A DNA stretch of 64,000 nucleotides from an uncultured Gemmatimonadota bacterium. GTDB lineage: Bacteria > GCA-2686955. Under the pieces are notes generated by a model. It worked only from the letters and a program-made list of their open reading frames with translations. It did not search any database and had not been told where the DNA came from. Positions 33,399-43,727 of this stretch are shown here, piece by piece; the stretch's first letter is position 1; every line of letters starts with the position of its first letter. The stretch spans positions 1 to 64,000 of the forward strand of contig CAZBBK010000016.1 in assembly GCA_964490075.1 (NCBI GenBank), written 5' to 3'. Position numbers and translations under genes: made by a program.

Positions 33399-36300
33399 AT
33401 GCGCGCAAAAGCCTCGCTCCGACCGCGATCCGCCCTCCTTAGCCTGGCCTTGCTCGCTTTCGCCAGCGCGCCGCCAGCGCCTGCCCAGGGCAGCGCCAAC
33501 CCGATCCGCGTCCTGGTCTGGGGCGAGGTGGAGCCGGGCGACGCCCCGATCACCGATTTCCTGCGCACGAGCGGCTACTGGGCGGTCGGCACCGACGATC
33601 CGATGGCGCTCTTCTACGATTTCCTCGATGTACAAATCGGCGTCGACGTCCTGATCATCCGCGCCGGCAGCGAGCAGGACATCCCCGATGCACGCTACAC
33701 CGGCATCTGGAAGTTCGTGACCCAGGCGGCCGGGACCGTGCTGGTGCTCGACCCGAACCAGACCGGTACGATTCCGCTCTTCGAGGATTTCACCAGCCCC
33801 GACCTGACGGTCGACGTGACCAGTCTGAGCGATCCGGGAGCGGTGGGCTCGATCGACGCCCCCACGAGCTGCCCGGCGATCGGCCTCTCCGCCGGCTATT
33901 TCCCGGCCATGACCAACAACTCGCCGAGCGCCAGCCTGGGCGGCGGCTGGACCCTGATCGCTTCGCAGGGCGCCAACGCGGCGCTGGCCGTCTCCGAAGT
34001 CGGGCGCGGCACGGCCGCCTACCTGGCGAGCGACCTGGCCACCCCCTTCTCCGGCCGCGAGGCCTTCGTGACGCAGCTCTTCAACTGCGTCGGCCGTGAG
34101 CCGGCCGCGGTCGACGACGGCACCATCCTGCTCTTCCAGCCCGATCTCGGGGCCTTCATCTCGACCGCCCTGCGCCTGAACGGGCTCGGCGTCAGTCACT
34201 TTGCCACCAGCGATCCCGCCGACCTGGTCCGCTCCAACCTGCGCAACTACGCCGCGGTGATCATCGGCCGCGGGCAAGATCCGGCGACCGGGTCCTACCT
34301 GACCTACAGTGACGACCTCGTGAGCTACGTGCGCTTCGATCGCGGCACCGTGATCCTCGAGAGCCCCGAAGCGGCTGGCAGCTCCGGCCTCTTCCCGAGC
34401 GATGCCTACGGCGACTACTCGCTCTCCTTCACCGGCTCGCTCGCCGGCTCCGGCACCTCGATCGCCACCGATCGCTTCGCCCAGACCCACGAGCTGGCCG
34501 CGAGCGACCTGCCTCCCGCGCGCACCAACGTGACCGCGGCCGGAGCCGCCTGGCGCGAGCTGATCGAAGTCACGTCGGGCGGCGACCCGGTGCTGCTCTG
34601 GAAGGAGTACTACTCCGGCCACTTCGGCTACCTCGGCTACCGCATCGACGAGTTCCCGGTCGCCAGCGCCAACACCAACTCCAACGAGCTCTTGATCCGG
34701 GTCCTGAACCAGGCCATGCGCCCCTTCCGGCCGCTGGAAGACATCGCCTACATGGTGGCCGATGTCGAGCCGACCACCCTGATGGCCGCGATCGAGTCCG
34801 AAATCCCCTCGATCGAGAAGAGCACTTTCGTCGACGTCCGCTCGACCAACACCTCGATCGTCACCCTGGGCAAGCACGACGCGGTGGTGGCCTTCTCGTA
34901 CGAGCCCTGGAACAGCGCATCCTCGGCCGACGGACGCCTGAAGGACTACGTCGACCGTTACGCGCGCGGCACCGTGGTCACTGGCCGCTCCTTCGACAAC
35001 GGCACGGGCCGCGAGCTGGTGGGCGGCGGCTTCAGCGCCTACAACCCCTTCAACCCCTTGAACGAAGAGAACGTCCAGTACCTCGACAACGCCTCCTCGG
35101 CCGACATGGGCCACAACGTGCTCTTCGGCACCACCGTGGGCGAGGTGCTGGCGATCAAGGACCGCTACCGCGCCCGCGTCAACGTGCGCAACAACCCGCC
35201 CTTCTATCCCGAGGGGATCGCCCAGTGGGACAACACGCCGACCGATATCTGCACCGATTCGACGCAGACCTTCGCCTTGGGCGCGGGGCTTGCGTTTGAC
35301 GCCGCGAGCGCTGTCTTGATCGGCGTCGGCATCGAAGAGGGGGTCTCGACCGACTACCAGTTCCTCTCGATCAGCCCCACCGAGAACGGCGGAGAGCCGA
35401 CCGCGCTCGACTTCGTCCCCTCGCCCTCGGGATCGACCCCCGGCGGCCTCGCCATCGGTGGCGGCTACTACTGGTACGCGGATAGCACAAACAGCACGCT
35501 CTACCGTCTGACTGACATCAACCCCACCACCGTCGATCTCTCGGTCGCCGTCGGCTACGCTCCCGGCGACATGGGTTGGGACGGCAGCAACGTGTGGGTG
35601 GCTGATCCCGCCAACGACCAGCTGCGCTGGTACGACACCGGTTTCGTGCAGCAAGGAACCCTGTCGCTGGCGACCGGCGCCGCGGCGCTCGACGGTCCCT
35701 CGGGTCTCGCGGTCCGCGATGGGGGCTCCGACACACTCTTCGTGGCGGGCCAGCGAGGGACCTACGAGTACAACACAATCATGGTGATCGCCGACCCCAC
35801 CGGATCGGCCGCAGTGGTCGACAGCTTCCCGGCGGTCGGCTACGACTGCGACGGTCTGGCGATCGAGTCGGGTGAGCGAGGTCCCTGGAGTATCTACAAC
35901 GGCGCGCCCGCCCCACCCTTCGAAGGCCGCAACAAGGTCTGCCGCTTCTCCGACGATCTGCCCGATCTCAGCGCCCCGGTCGAGCGCTTCCAGCCGATGA
36001 TCGCCGTCGACACCGCCAACAAGGCGGCCGCCTTCAACTTCTACCCCGGTGAGTCGGACAACGAGCTGCGCGACGGCGCATCCCTCGGCACGGTCTACGA
36101 GCTGATGGCCAACGCCCTGCGCCAGGTGTCGATCCATCCCAAGGGCGACGATCCCGAGATCCGCCTCGGCGATCATCCCCAGACGGTGAAGCGCGACGAC
36201 GTGCTGGCCTTCCACATCTCGCTCTTCAACTCCTCGGCCTCGGCGGTCGGCTTCAACTTCCGCCTGCGGCTGACCACGCCCGGCGGCGGTGAGACCACGG

Positions 36301-36716
36301 TGCTCCCCTACAACGACCCGGTGTTCTCGATCCCGGCCTGGGAGCGGCGCTCCGGCAAGGTGCTGCTCTACGTGCCCGAGGGCACCACCGAGGGCGCGTG
36401 GCGCGCCACCGCCTACACCCGCGACGACGGCTCGACCATCTGGAACGACCACGAGAGCGTCGAGATCGCCGTCAGCGGCGACGTCTCCTTCCCGCCCGGC
36501 TACGGCGTCAGCGCCGACGACCGGGGCCGCGAGCCGAGCGAGAACGCCTCGAGTCCGCTCTTGCGCATCGAGCGCCAACTGCTCGCCAAGAGCGGACCCT
36601 TGGCTACCGTGCCCGGAAAAGCCGAGATGCGGCGCCTGCGTCGGGCGCTGGAGCGCTCCCGAGAGACCGGCGTGCCCTTCATGACGCTGGTGCTGGACGA
36701 GGCTGAGGCCGACTGA
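33399..36716 (+). CDS. Large secreted multidomain protein, copy 1
   Basis: Signal peptide ending APA-QGSAN; alpha/beta repeats, propeller-like insert, C-terminal Ig-like domain. Confidence 0.85.
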   Translation: MRAKASLRPRSALLSLALLAFASAPPAPAQGSANPIRVLVWGEVEPGDAPITDFLRTSGYWAVGTDDPMALFYDFLDVQIGVDVLIIRAGSEQDIPDARYTGIWKFVTQAAGTVLVLDPNQTGTIPLFEDFTSPDLTVDVTSLSDPGAVGSIDAPTSCPAIGLSAGYFPAMTNNSPSASLGGGWTLIASQGANAALAVSEVGRGTAAYLASDLATPFSGREAFVTQLFNCVGREPAAVDDGTILLFQPDLGAFISTALRLNGLGVSHFATSDPADLVRSNLRNYAAVIIGRGQDPATGSYLTYSDDLVSYVRFDRGTVILESPEAAGSSGLFPSDAYGDYSLSFTGSLAGSGTSIATDRFAQTHELAASDLPPARTNVTAAGAAWRELIEVTSGGDPVLLWKEYYSGHFGYLGYRIDEFPVASANTNSNELLIRVLNQAMRPFRPLEDIAYMVADVEPTTLMAAIESEIPSIEKSTFVDVRSTNTSIVTLGKHDAVVAFSYEPWNSASSADGRLKDYVDRYARGTVVTGRSFDNGTGRELVGGGFSAYNPFNPLNEENVQYLDNASSADMGHNVLFGTTVGEVLAIKDRYRARVNVRNNPPFYPEGIAQWDNTPTDICTDSTQTFALGAGLAFDAASAVLIGVGIEEGVSTDYQFLSISPTENGGEPTALDFVPSPSGSTPGGLAIGGGYYWYADSTNSTLYRLTDINPTTVDLSVAVGYAPGDMGWDGSNVWVADPANDQLRWYDTGFVQQGTLSLATGAAALDGPSGLAVRDGGSDTLFVAGQRGTYEYNTIMVIADPTGSAAVVDSFPAVGYDCDGLAIESGERGPWSIYNGAPAPPFEGRNKVCRFSDDLPDLSAPVERFQPMIAVDTANKAAAFNFYPGESDNELRDGASLGTVYELMANALRQVSIHPKGDDPEIRLGDHPQTVKRDDVLAFHISLFNSSASAVGFNFRLRLTTPGGGETTVLPYNDPVFSIPAWERRSGKVLLYVPEGTTEGAWRATAYTRDDGSTIWNDHESVEIAVSGDVSFPPGYGVSADDRGREPSENASSPLLRIERQLLAKSGPLATVPGKAEMRRLRRALERSRETGVPFMTLVLDEAEAD

Positions 36717-39700
36717 GCGGCGGGCTCGAAACCCGCGGCCCGAAGTTCGCTTCCCGGTCCCGGCGATCTCGCCGGGACTGTGGGGTGTGGTGTATCCACA
36801 ATCGACGCGCTGATAGGTTAGGATGAGGCGGGAGCACGCTCGGACCCTCGCGTAGCGGGAAAGGAGCGCCGTGATGAGACTCCACGCCTTGCGCCGGCCC
36901 AGCCCTGCCTTCGCAGCCATGCTCGTGCTCTTTGCGTGCGCCTATGCCGCCCTGCCCCCCGCACACGCCCAGGGCAGCGCCAACCCGATCCGCGTCCTGG
37001 TCTGGGGCGAGGTGGAGCCGGGCGACGCCCCGATCACCGATTTCCTGCGCACGAGCGGCTACTGGGCGGTCGGCACCGACGATCCGATGGCGCTCTTCTA
37101 CGATTTCCTCGATGTACAAATCGGCGTCGACGTCCTGATCATCCGCGCCGGCAGCGAGCAGGACATCCCCGATGCACGCTACACCGGCATCTGGAAGTTC
37201 GTGACCCAGGCGGCCGGGACCGTGCTGGTGCTCGACCCGAACCAGACCGGTACGATTCCGCTCTTCGAGGATTTCACCAGCCCCGACCTGACGGTCGACG
37301 TGACCAGTCTGAGCGATCCGGGAGCGGTGGGCTCGATCGACGCCCCCACGAGCTGCCCGGCGATCGGCCTCTCCGCCGGCTATTTCCCGGCCATGACCAA
37401 CAACTCGCCGAGCGCCAGCCTGGGCGGCGGCTGGACCCTGATCGCTTCGCAGGGCGCCAACGCGGCGCTGGCCGTCTCCGAAGTCGGGCGCGGCACGGCC
37501 GCCTACCTGGCGAGCGACCTGGCCACCCCCTTCTCCGGCCGCGAGGCCTTCGTGACGCAGCTCTTCAACTGCGTCGGCCGTGAGCCGGCCGCGGTCGACG
37601 ACGGCACCATCCTGCTCTTCCAGCCCGATCTCGGGGCCTTCATCTCGACCGCCCTGCGCCTGAACGGGCTCGGCGTCAGTCACTTTGCCACCAGCGATCC
37701 CGCCGACCTGGTCCGCTCCAACCTGCGCAACTACGCCGCGGTGATCATCGGCCGCGGGCAAGATCCGGCGACCGGGTCCTACCTGACCTACAGTGACGAC
37801 CTCGTGAGCTACGTGCGCTTCGATCGCGGCACCGTGATCCTCGAGAGCCCCGAAGCGGCTGGCAGCTCCGGCCTCTTCCCGAGCGATGCCTACGGCGACT
37901 ACTCGCTCTCCTTCACCGGCTCGCTCGCCGGCTCCGGCACCTCGATCGCCACCGATCGCTTCGCCCAGACCCACGAGCTGGCCGCGAGCGACCTGCCTCC
38001 CGCGCGCACCAACGTGACCGCGGCCGGAGCCGCCTGGCGCGAGCTGATCGAAGTCACGTCGGGCGGCGACCCGGTGCTGCTCTGGAAGGAGTACTACTCC
38101 GGCCACTTCGGCTACCTCGGCTACCGCATCGACGAGTTCCCGGTCGCCAGCGCCAACACCAACTCCAACGAGCTCTTGATCCGGGTCCTGAACCAGGCCA
38201 TGCGCCCCTTCCGGCCGCTGGAAGACATCGCCTACATGGTGGCCGATGTCGAGCCGACCACCCTGATGGCCGCGATCGAGTCCGAAATCCCCTCGATCGA
38301 GAAGAGCACTTTCGTCGACGTCCGCTCGACCAACACCTCGATCGTCACCCTGGGCAAGCACGACGCGGTGGTGGCCTTCTCGTACGAGCCCTGGAACAGC
38401 GCATCCTCGGCCGACGGACGCCTGAAGGACTACGTCGACCGTTACGCGCGCGGCACCGTGGTCACTGGCCGCTCCTTCGACAACGGCACGGGCCGCGAGC
38501 TGGTGGGCGGCGGCTTCAGCGCCTACAACCCCTTCAACCCCTTGAACGAAGAGAACGTCCAGTACCTCGACAACGCCTCCTCGGCCGACATGGGCCACAA
38601 CGTGCTCTTCGGCACCACCGTGGGCGAGGTGCTGGCGATCAAGGACCGCTACCGCGCCCGCGTCAACGTGCGCAACAACCCGCCCTTCTATCCCGAGGGG
38701 ATCGCCCAGTGGGACAACACGCCGACCGATATCTGCACCGATTCGACGCAGACCTTCGCCTTGGGCGCGGGGCTTGCGTTTGACGCCGCGAGCGCTGTCT
38801 TGATCGGCGTCGGCATCGAAGAGGGGGTCTCGACCGACTACCAGTTCCTCTCGATCAGCCCCACCGAGAACGGCGGAGAGCCGACCGCGCTCGACTTCGT
38901 CCCCTCGCCCTCGGGATCGACCCCCGGCGGCCTCGCCATCGGTGGCGGCTACTACTGGTACGCGGATAGCACAAACAGCACGCTCTACCGTCTGACTGAC
39001 ATCAACCCCACCACCGTCGATCTCTCGGTCGCCGTCGGCTACGCTCCCGGCGACATGGGTTGGGACGGCAGCAACGTGTGGGTGGCTGATCCCGCCAACG
39101 ACCAGCTGCGCTGGTACGACACCGGTTTCGTGCAGCAAGGAACCCTGTCGCTGGCGACCGGCGCCGCGGCGCTCGACGGTCCCTCGGGTCTCGCGGTCCG
39201 CGATGGGGGCTCCGACACACTCTTCGTGGCGGGCCAGCGAGGGACCTACGAGTACAACACAATCATGGTGATCGCCGACCCCACCGGATCGGCCGCAGTG
39301 GTCGACAGCTTCCCGGCGGTCGGCTACGACTGCGACGGTCTGGCGATCGAGTCGGGTGAGCGAGGTCCCTGGAGTATCTACAACGGCGCGCCCGCCCCAC
39401 CCTTCGAAGGCCGCAACAAGGTCTGCCGCTTCTCCGACGATCTGCCCGATCTCAGCGCCCCGGTCGAGCGCTTCCAGCCGATGATCGCCGTCGACACCGC
39501 CAACAAGGCGGCCGCCTTCAACTTCTACCCCGGTGAGTCGGACAACGAGCTGCGCGACGGCGCATCCCTCGGCACGGTCTACGAGCTGATGGCCAACGCC
39601 CTGCGCCAGGTGTCGATCCATCCCAAGGGCGACGATCCCGAGATCCGCCTCGGCGATCATCCCCAGACGGTGAAGCGCGACGACGTGCTGGCCTTCCACA

Positions 39701-40180
39701 TCTCGCTCTTCAACTCCTCGGCCTCGGCGGTCGGCTTCAACTTCCGCCTGCGGCTGACCACGCCCGGCGGCGGTGAGACCACGGTGCTCCCCTACAACGA
39801 CCCGGTGTTCTCGATCCCGGCCTGGGAGCGGCGCTCCGGCAAGGTGCTGCTCTACGTGCCCGAGGGCACCACCGAGGGCGCGTGGCGCGCCACCGCCTAC
39901 ACCCGCGACGACGGCTCGACCATCTGGAACGACCACGAGAGCGTCGAGATCGCCGTCAGCGGCGACGTCTCCTTCCCGCCCGGCTACGGCGTCAGCGCCG
40001 ACGACCGGGGCCGCGAGCCGAGCGAGAACGCCTCGAGTCCGCTCTTGCGCATCGAGCGCCAACTGCTCGCCAAGAGCGGACCCTTGGCTACCGTGCCCGG
40101 AAAAGCCGAGATGCGGCGCCTGCGTCGGGCGCTGGAGCGCTCCCGAGAGACCGGCGTGCCCTTCATGACGCTGGTGCTGG
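33483..40180 (+). repeat. Direct duplication of 3214 bp (33483-36696 and 36967-40180)
   Basis: Constant 3484-bp offset; identical translations; no nucleotide differences noticed on reading. Confidence 0.93.
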
Positions 40181-40200
40181 GGGAGAGCCAGAAGGAGTAG
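36874..40200 (+). CDS. Large secreted multidomain protein, copy 2
   Basis: Own RBS (AAGGAG) and different signal peptide ending AHA-QGSAN; mature part identical to copy 1. Confidence 0.85.
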   Translation: MRLHALRRPSPAFAAMLVLFACAYAALPPAHAQGSANPIRVLVWGEVEPGDAPITDFLRTSGYWAVGTDDPMALFYDFLDVQIGVDVLIIRAGSEQDIPDARYTGIWKFVTQAAGTVLVLDPNQTGTIPLFEDFTSPDLTVDVTSLSDPGAVGSIDAPTSCPAIGLSAGYFPAMTNNSPSASLGGGWTLIASQGANAALAVSEVGRGTAAYLASDLATPFSGREAFVTQLFNCVGREPAAVDDGTILLFQPDLGAFISTALRLNGLGVSHFATSDPADLVRSNLRNYAAVIIGRGQDPATGSYLTYSDDLVSYVRFDRGTVILESPEAAGSSGLFPSDAYGDYSLSFTGSLAGSGTSIATDRFAQTHELAASDLPPARTNVTAAGAAWRELIEVTSGGDPVLLWKEYYSGHFGYLGYRIDEFPVASANTNSNELLIRVLNQAMRPFRPLEDIAYMVADVEPTTLMAAIESEIPSIEKSTFVDVRSTNTSIVTLGKHDAVVAFSYEPWNSASSADGRLKDYVDRYARGTVVTGRSFDNGTGRELVGGGFSAYNPFNPLNEENVQYLDNASSADMGHNVLFGTTVGEVLAIKDRYRARVNVRNNPPFYPEGIAQWDNTPTDICTDSTQTFALGAGLAFDAASAVLIGVGIEEGVSTDYQFLSISPTENGGEPTALDFVPSPSGSTPGGLAIGGGYYWYADSTNSTLYRLTDINPTTVDLSVAVGYAPGDMGWDGSNVWVADPANDQLRWYDTGFVQQGTLSLATGAAALDGPSGLAVRDGGSDTLFVAGQRGTYEYNTIMVIADPTGSAAVVDSFPAVGYDCDGLAIESGERGPWSIYNGAPAPPFEGRNKVCRFSDDLPDLSAPVERFQPMIAVDTANKAAAFNFYPGESDNELRDGASLGTVYELMANALRQVSIHPKGDDPEIRLGDHPQTVKRDDVLAFHISLFNSSASAVGFNFRLRLTTPGGGETTVLPYNDPVFSIPAWERRSGKVLLYVPEGTTEGAWRATAYTRDDGSTIWNDHESVEIAVSGDVSFPPGYGVSADDRGREPSENASSPLLRIERQLLAKSGPLATVPGKAEMRRLRRALERSRETGVPFMTLVLGESQKE

Positions 40201-40261
40201 CCGCGCCGAAGCGATCGAAGCCTCGGAATGCTACAGTGTCGAGAGATGGGCGATCCGATCC

Positions 40262-40558
40262 GCGGATCGACGCGGCCACCCCCGCGCGCGTCGACGCCCT
40301 CTCGTTCAAGGAGCTGATCCGCGAAGGCGCGGAGCGTGGTTGGGTCGCCGATCCGAGCCGATGGTTCGAGTATCGACGGATGCGCAACATCACCGAGCAG
40401 ACCTACGACGAAGAGAAGGCGATCCAGGTACGCGAGGCCGCGGCAGGATTCGCCCGCGACGCCCGCGACCTGCTCGAAGCGCTCCAAGGGCTGGGTGAGG
40501 ACCGTTGATCCACCTGGTCCCCCGGCATCACGGCTTGGTGGAGCGCGGAGAGGACTGA
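40262..40558 (+). pseudogene. Truncated HEPN (HI0074-like) gene plus possible stub of its nucleotidyltransferase partner
   Basis: LSFKELIREGAERG...WFEYRRMRNITEQTYDEEKA, N-terminus missing; overlapping TTG-start stub LIHLVPRHHGLVE* follows. Confidence 0.65.
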
Positions 40559-40608
40559 TCTGGCCCAGTCGCGGCGCCGGATCCAAGGGCCCGCACCAAA
40601 CCAGCGCA

Positions 40609-41010
40609 TCAAGCAGCGCTGGAAGCCAGGGCGGCGTGCATCTTGTCTTTCAGCACCTTCTGGTTGAAGGGCTTGACCATGTAGTTGCTCACGCCGCTGC
40701 GCAGCGCCTCGACCACGCGCTCCTTGCGGGTCTCCACGGTGACCATGATGAAGGGGAGCTGCGCGAATCGGGGATCGGCCCGCACCGCTTTGAGGAAGTC
40801 GATCCCGCTCATCACCGGCATGTTCCAGTCGCAGATGACGCAGTCGATCGGCTCGCTCCACAGGATCTTCTGTGCCGCGCTGCCGTCGCCGGCCTCCTTG
40901 ATGCGTCGATATCCCATGTCGTACAACATCTTGGCGAGGATCTTGCGCATCGGCGGGGCATCGTCCACGATCAAGATATTGAGATCGGCGTCGTTGGTCT
41001 CGGTCGCCAT
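40609..41010 (-). CDS. CheY-like single-domain response regulator
   Basis: ILIVDD, ICDWNMPVMSG, FIMVT, YMVKPF. Confidence 0.9.
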   Translation of the reverse strand: MATETNDADLNILIVDDAPPMRKILAKMLYDMGYRRIKEAGDGSAAQKILWSEPIDCVICDWNMPVMSGIDFLKAVRADPRFAQLPFIMVTVETRKERVVEALRSGVSNYMVKPFNQKVLKDKMHAALASSAA

Positions 41011-41293
41011 GGCGTCCTTCCATCGGGCGGTTCGGCGGTGCTCGCACGGATGCCCGAAACGGCGCCCAGACCGAGATCGACCCGCGTGCCCCCCTTGCAA
41101 TCCGCACCCCGCGCGCGCCTCACGGAACTGGTGCCGGATCGTCGGGCTCTGCTCTGGGTAATAGTGAGGATCGGATCGAAAGCGCCGGGGATTTAGCTTT
41201 CCGTTCAGGGTCGGCGCGCCGTGCTACCGTGACCGGCACCAACGGGGCGACCAGACCATCCGATTCCCCCCGAGTCTCCCGAGATTGGAGTGC

Positions 41294-41878
41294 ATGATGC
41301 GCCCTTCGCTACCGGCTCTGGCCCTGATCGGCCTGGCCGTCACCACGGCCCCCGCCGACGAGATCCTCGACGAGCTCGAGCTCGCCATCGAAAAGTACCA
41401 GGCCGGCGATGTCGCCGGCTCGCTCGAATCGGTCCAGCTCTCGGAGAGCTGGCTCCTGGAGAAACAGGCAGGCGACCTGAGCTCGGTGTTCGGCCAGCTG
41501 CCCGGATGGGAGAGGAAGCCGAGCGAATCGGCCGCCGCGGGAACCGCCTTCCTGGGCGGCGGCGTCACGGCCGGCTGTGAGTACCACAAGGCGCAGGGGC
41601 GGATCGAGGTCACAGTGGTCGGCAACAGCCCGATGCTGGCCATGGTCTCGGGCCTGGTCGGCAACGCCATGATGGCCTCGGCCTCCGGATCGAAGATCGT
41701 CAAGGTCCACGGAGTCAGGGCGGCCCTCAAGCAGGACGGCTCCGAGTGGGAGCTGATGGTCCCCTATCACAGCAGCGTGCTGGTCACGGTGCGGGCCAAC
41801 ACCAAGAAGGAGGACGCGATCGCCTGCGCGGAAGCGATAGACTGGGATCGAGTCGAGAAGATCTTCGCGGCGCGCTGA
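41294..41878 (+). CDS. Secreted hypothetical protein
   Basis: Signal peptide, high-GC3 codon pattern, FLGGGVTA motif. Confidence 0.75.
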   Translation: MMRPSLPALALIGLAVTTAPADEILDELELAIEKYQAGDVAGSLESVQLSESWLLEKQAGDLSSVFGQLPGWERKPSESAAAGTAFLGGGVTAGCEYHKAQGRIEVTVVGNSPMLAMVSGLVGNAMMASASGSKIVKVHGVRAALKQDGSEWELMVPYHSSVLVTVRANTKKEDAIACAEAIDWDRVEKIFAAR

Positions 41879-41903
41879 CCGGCGCCGGAGAATCCGAGGT
41901 GAG

Positions 41904-43727
41904 ATGAAGCAGGCGGCCGGGGCTCCTCCCGAAGAGCCGGAAGCGAAGGCGCGGCGCGACGCGGGTCGGGCGCCGGCCGAGGCGGACGCCGAGTCCGCGC
42001 TGCAGCGCCTCGAAAGCCTCCAGATCGGCGACTGGGCCGACATCGACCAGGCGCTCGATACGCTGCCGCGGCAGCCCGTCGCGAGCGACACGAGCAGGCT
42101 GCTGGATCCGGCGGCCGATCTGCGCGTCGCCTTCGCCACCTTCGACTTCGGCATCGACGGCGTATCGATGGAGATCGCCAAGTACGCCACCTGCCTGGAG
42201 AAGCTCAAGCGATCCCACGGTGCCGAGTGCCAGATCCACTGCATCGCGGGCGACTTCTACCCGGCCGCCGACCACGTGCTGCGCTCCCACTGGCGGCGGA
42301 GGCGGATCGCGGGGTGCAACGGCTGGGCGAAATGGGGCGACGGACGACTCTTCGATCGGCTCTTCGCGGAACCAATGAAGGAGGGCAGCAGCGCCTCCGG
42401 CGAGGTGGCGCGCGCGGTCTGGAGCGAGGCGCTCTCCATCGCGCGGATGCTGAGCGACTACCTGGCGAAGCGCGACGTCGAGCTCCTGGTGACGATCAAC
42501 GTCCACTCCAATCCCGGCAACCTCTCCTACGCCCTGGCGCTGGTGCTGGCGGCGGAGACCCTCGGCATCCACGTGCTCGATTCCTGCCACGACTTCTACT
42601 GGGAAGCGGGCAAGCCGGCCGCCGAGCGCGCCCCGGACGAGCCGCCCGGCCCGCGCGACCATTTCTTCACCAACCACGAGAACCGCCCCTTCTACCGGGT
42701 CTTTCGGCGGCTCTTGCCCTGGAATGGCCAGCGCTGGCACCACTTCACGATCAACGGCGTGCAGCGTGACGTCCTGGCCCGCGACCTGGGCCTGGGACCG
42801 GATCGGGTCTCGGTGCTGGGCACCTTCGTCGAGCCTTCCTACTTCATCCCCTGCACCAAGCCCCACAAGAAGGAGCTGCGCCAGCGCCTGGCCACCATCC
42901 TGGGAGGCGGCGAGCGGGTGATCTCGACGATCTCCGTGCACCGCTTTCGGGATTCGATTCCGCAGTGGATGGAGAAGCAGGAGCCGATCGTCTGCACCTC
43001 GTCGGGCGGCGACTCGGTGCTCAACATCATCTACCCCACCGCCCTCCTCTTGCTGCAGCCGACCCGCGTCATCGCCCGCAAGCGGATCGTGCGAGACCTG
43101 GAGCTGATCGAAGCTCTGCTCGACTACCGCCCCTTCCGCGCGCTCTTCGAGGAGGTGCCGGAGCTGACCCTCACGCTGCACATCACCGGACCGGTGCCGG
43201 TCGAACATCGCGGCGACTTCGAGGCGGTGATCGTCGCTTACATGGCGCTGACCCGCTCCTTGCCGAAGCTGATCGCCCGGCGCATCTTCCTGGCGCTCTC
43301 GGCCGGCAAGCTCGGCCACTCGGCGCTCGGCGGGCGCGGCGTATCGAACCTCGAAATCTCCGATCTCTACAAGCTCTCCGACCTGGTGCTGCTGCCCAGC
43401 GAGACCGAGGGGCGGGGTCTGCCGATCGTCGAGGCGGCGGCGGCCGGGGTGCCGATCGTCTGCTCCCGCTACCAGCCCGAGGAGGTCTTCAGCGAAGTGG
43501 TCGGTGAGGACTTGGACCCGGGCCGGCGAATCGCGATCACGACCTTCCCCGAGGGACGCTTCACCGGCGCCTTTCTGCAAGAGGTCACCGACTCGCTTTT
43601 CTTGCAGCAGGGCCTGGCCGGTCGCATGTTGCACAACCGGCGTGTGGTAGCGGAGCGCTTCGGGATGGAGGCGTTGCAGGAGTGCTTCATCCACGGCATG
43701 AAAGGAGCGGCCGGTGACCCGCCCTGA
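41904..43727 (+). CDS. GT-B (GT4-like) glycosyltransferase, resembling mannosylglucosylglycerate synthase
   Basis: DGVSMEIAKY, CHDFYWE, LQPTRVIARKRI, LPSETEGRGLPIVEA. Confidence 0.8.
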   Translation: MKQAAGAPPEEPEAKARRDAGRAPAEADAESALQRLESLQIGDWADIDQALDTLPRQPVASDTSRLLDPAADLRVAFATFDFGIDGVSMEIAKYATCLEKLKRSHGAECQIHCIAGDFYPAADHVLRSHWRRRRIAGCNGWAKWGDGRLFDRLFAEPMKEGSSASGEVARAVWSEALSIARMLSDYLAKRDVELLVTINVHSNPGNLSYALALVLAAETLGIHVLDSCHDFYWEAGKPAAERAPDEPPGPRDHFFTNHENRPFYRVFRRLLPWNGQRWHHFTINGVQRDVLARDLGLGPDRVSVLGTFVEPSYFIPCTKPHKKELRQRLATILGGGERVISTISVHRFRDSIPQWMEKQEPIVCTSSGGDSVLNIIYPTALLLLQPTRVIARKRIVRDLELIEALLDYRPFRALFEEVPELTLTLHITGPVPVEHRGDFEAVIVAYMALTRSLPKLIARRIFLALSAGKLGHSALGGRGVSNLEISDLYKLSDLVLLPSETEGRGLPIVEAAAAGVPIVCSRYQPEEVFSEVVGEDLDPGRRIAITTFPEGRFTGAFLQEVTDSLFLQQGLAGRMLHNRRVVAERFGMEALQECFIHGMKGAAGDPP

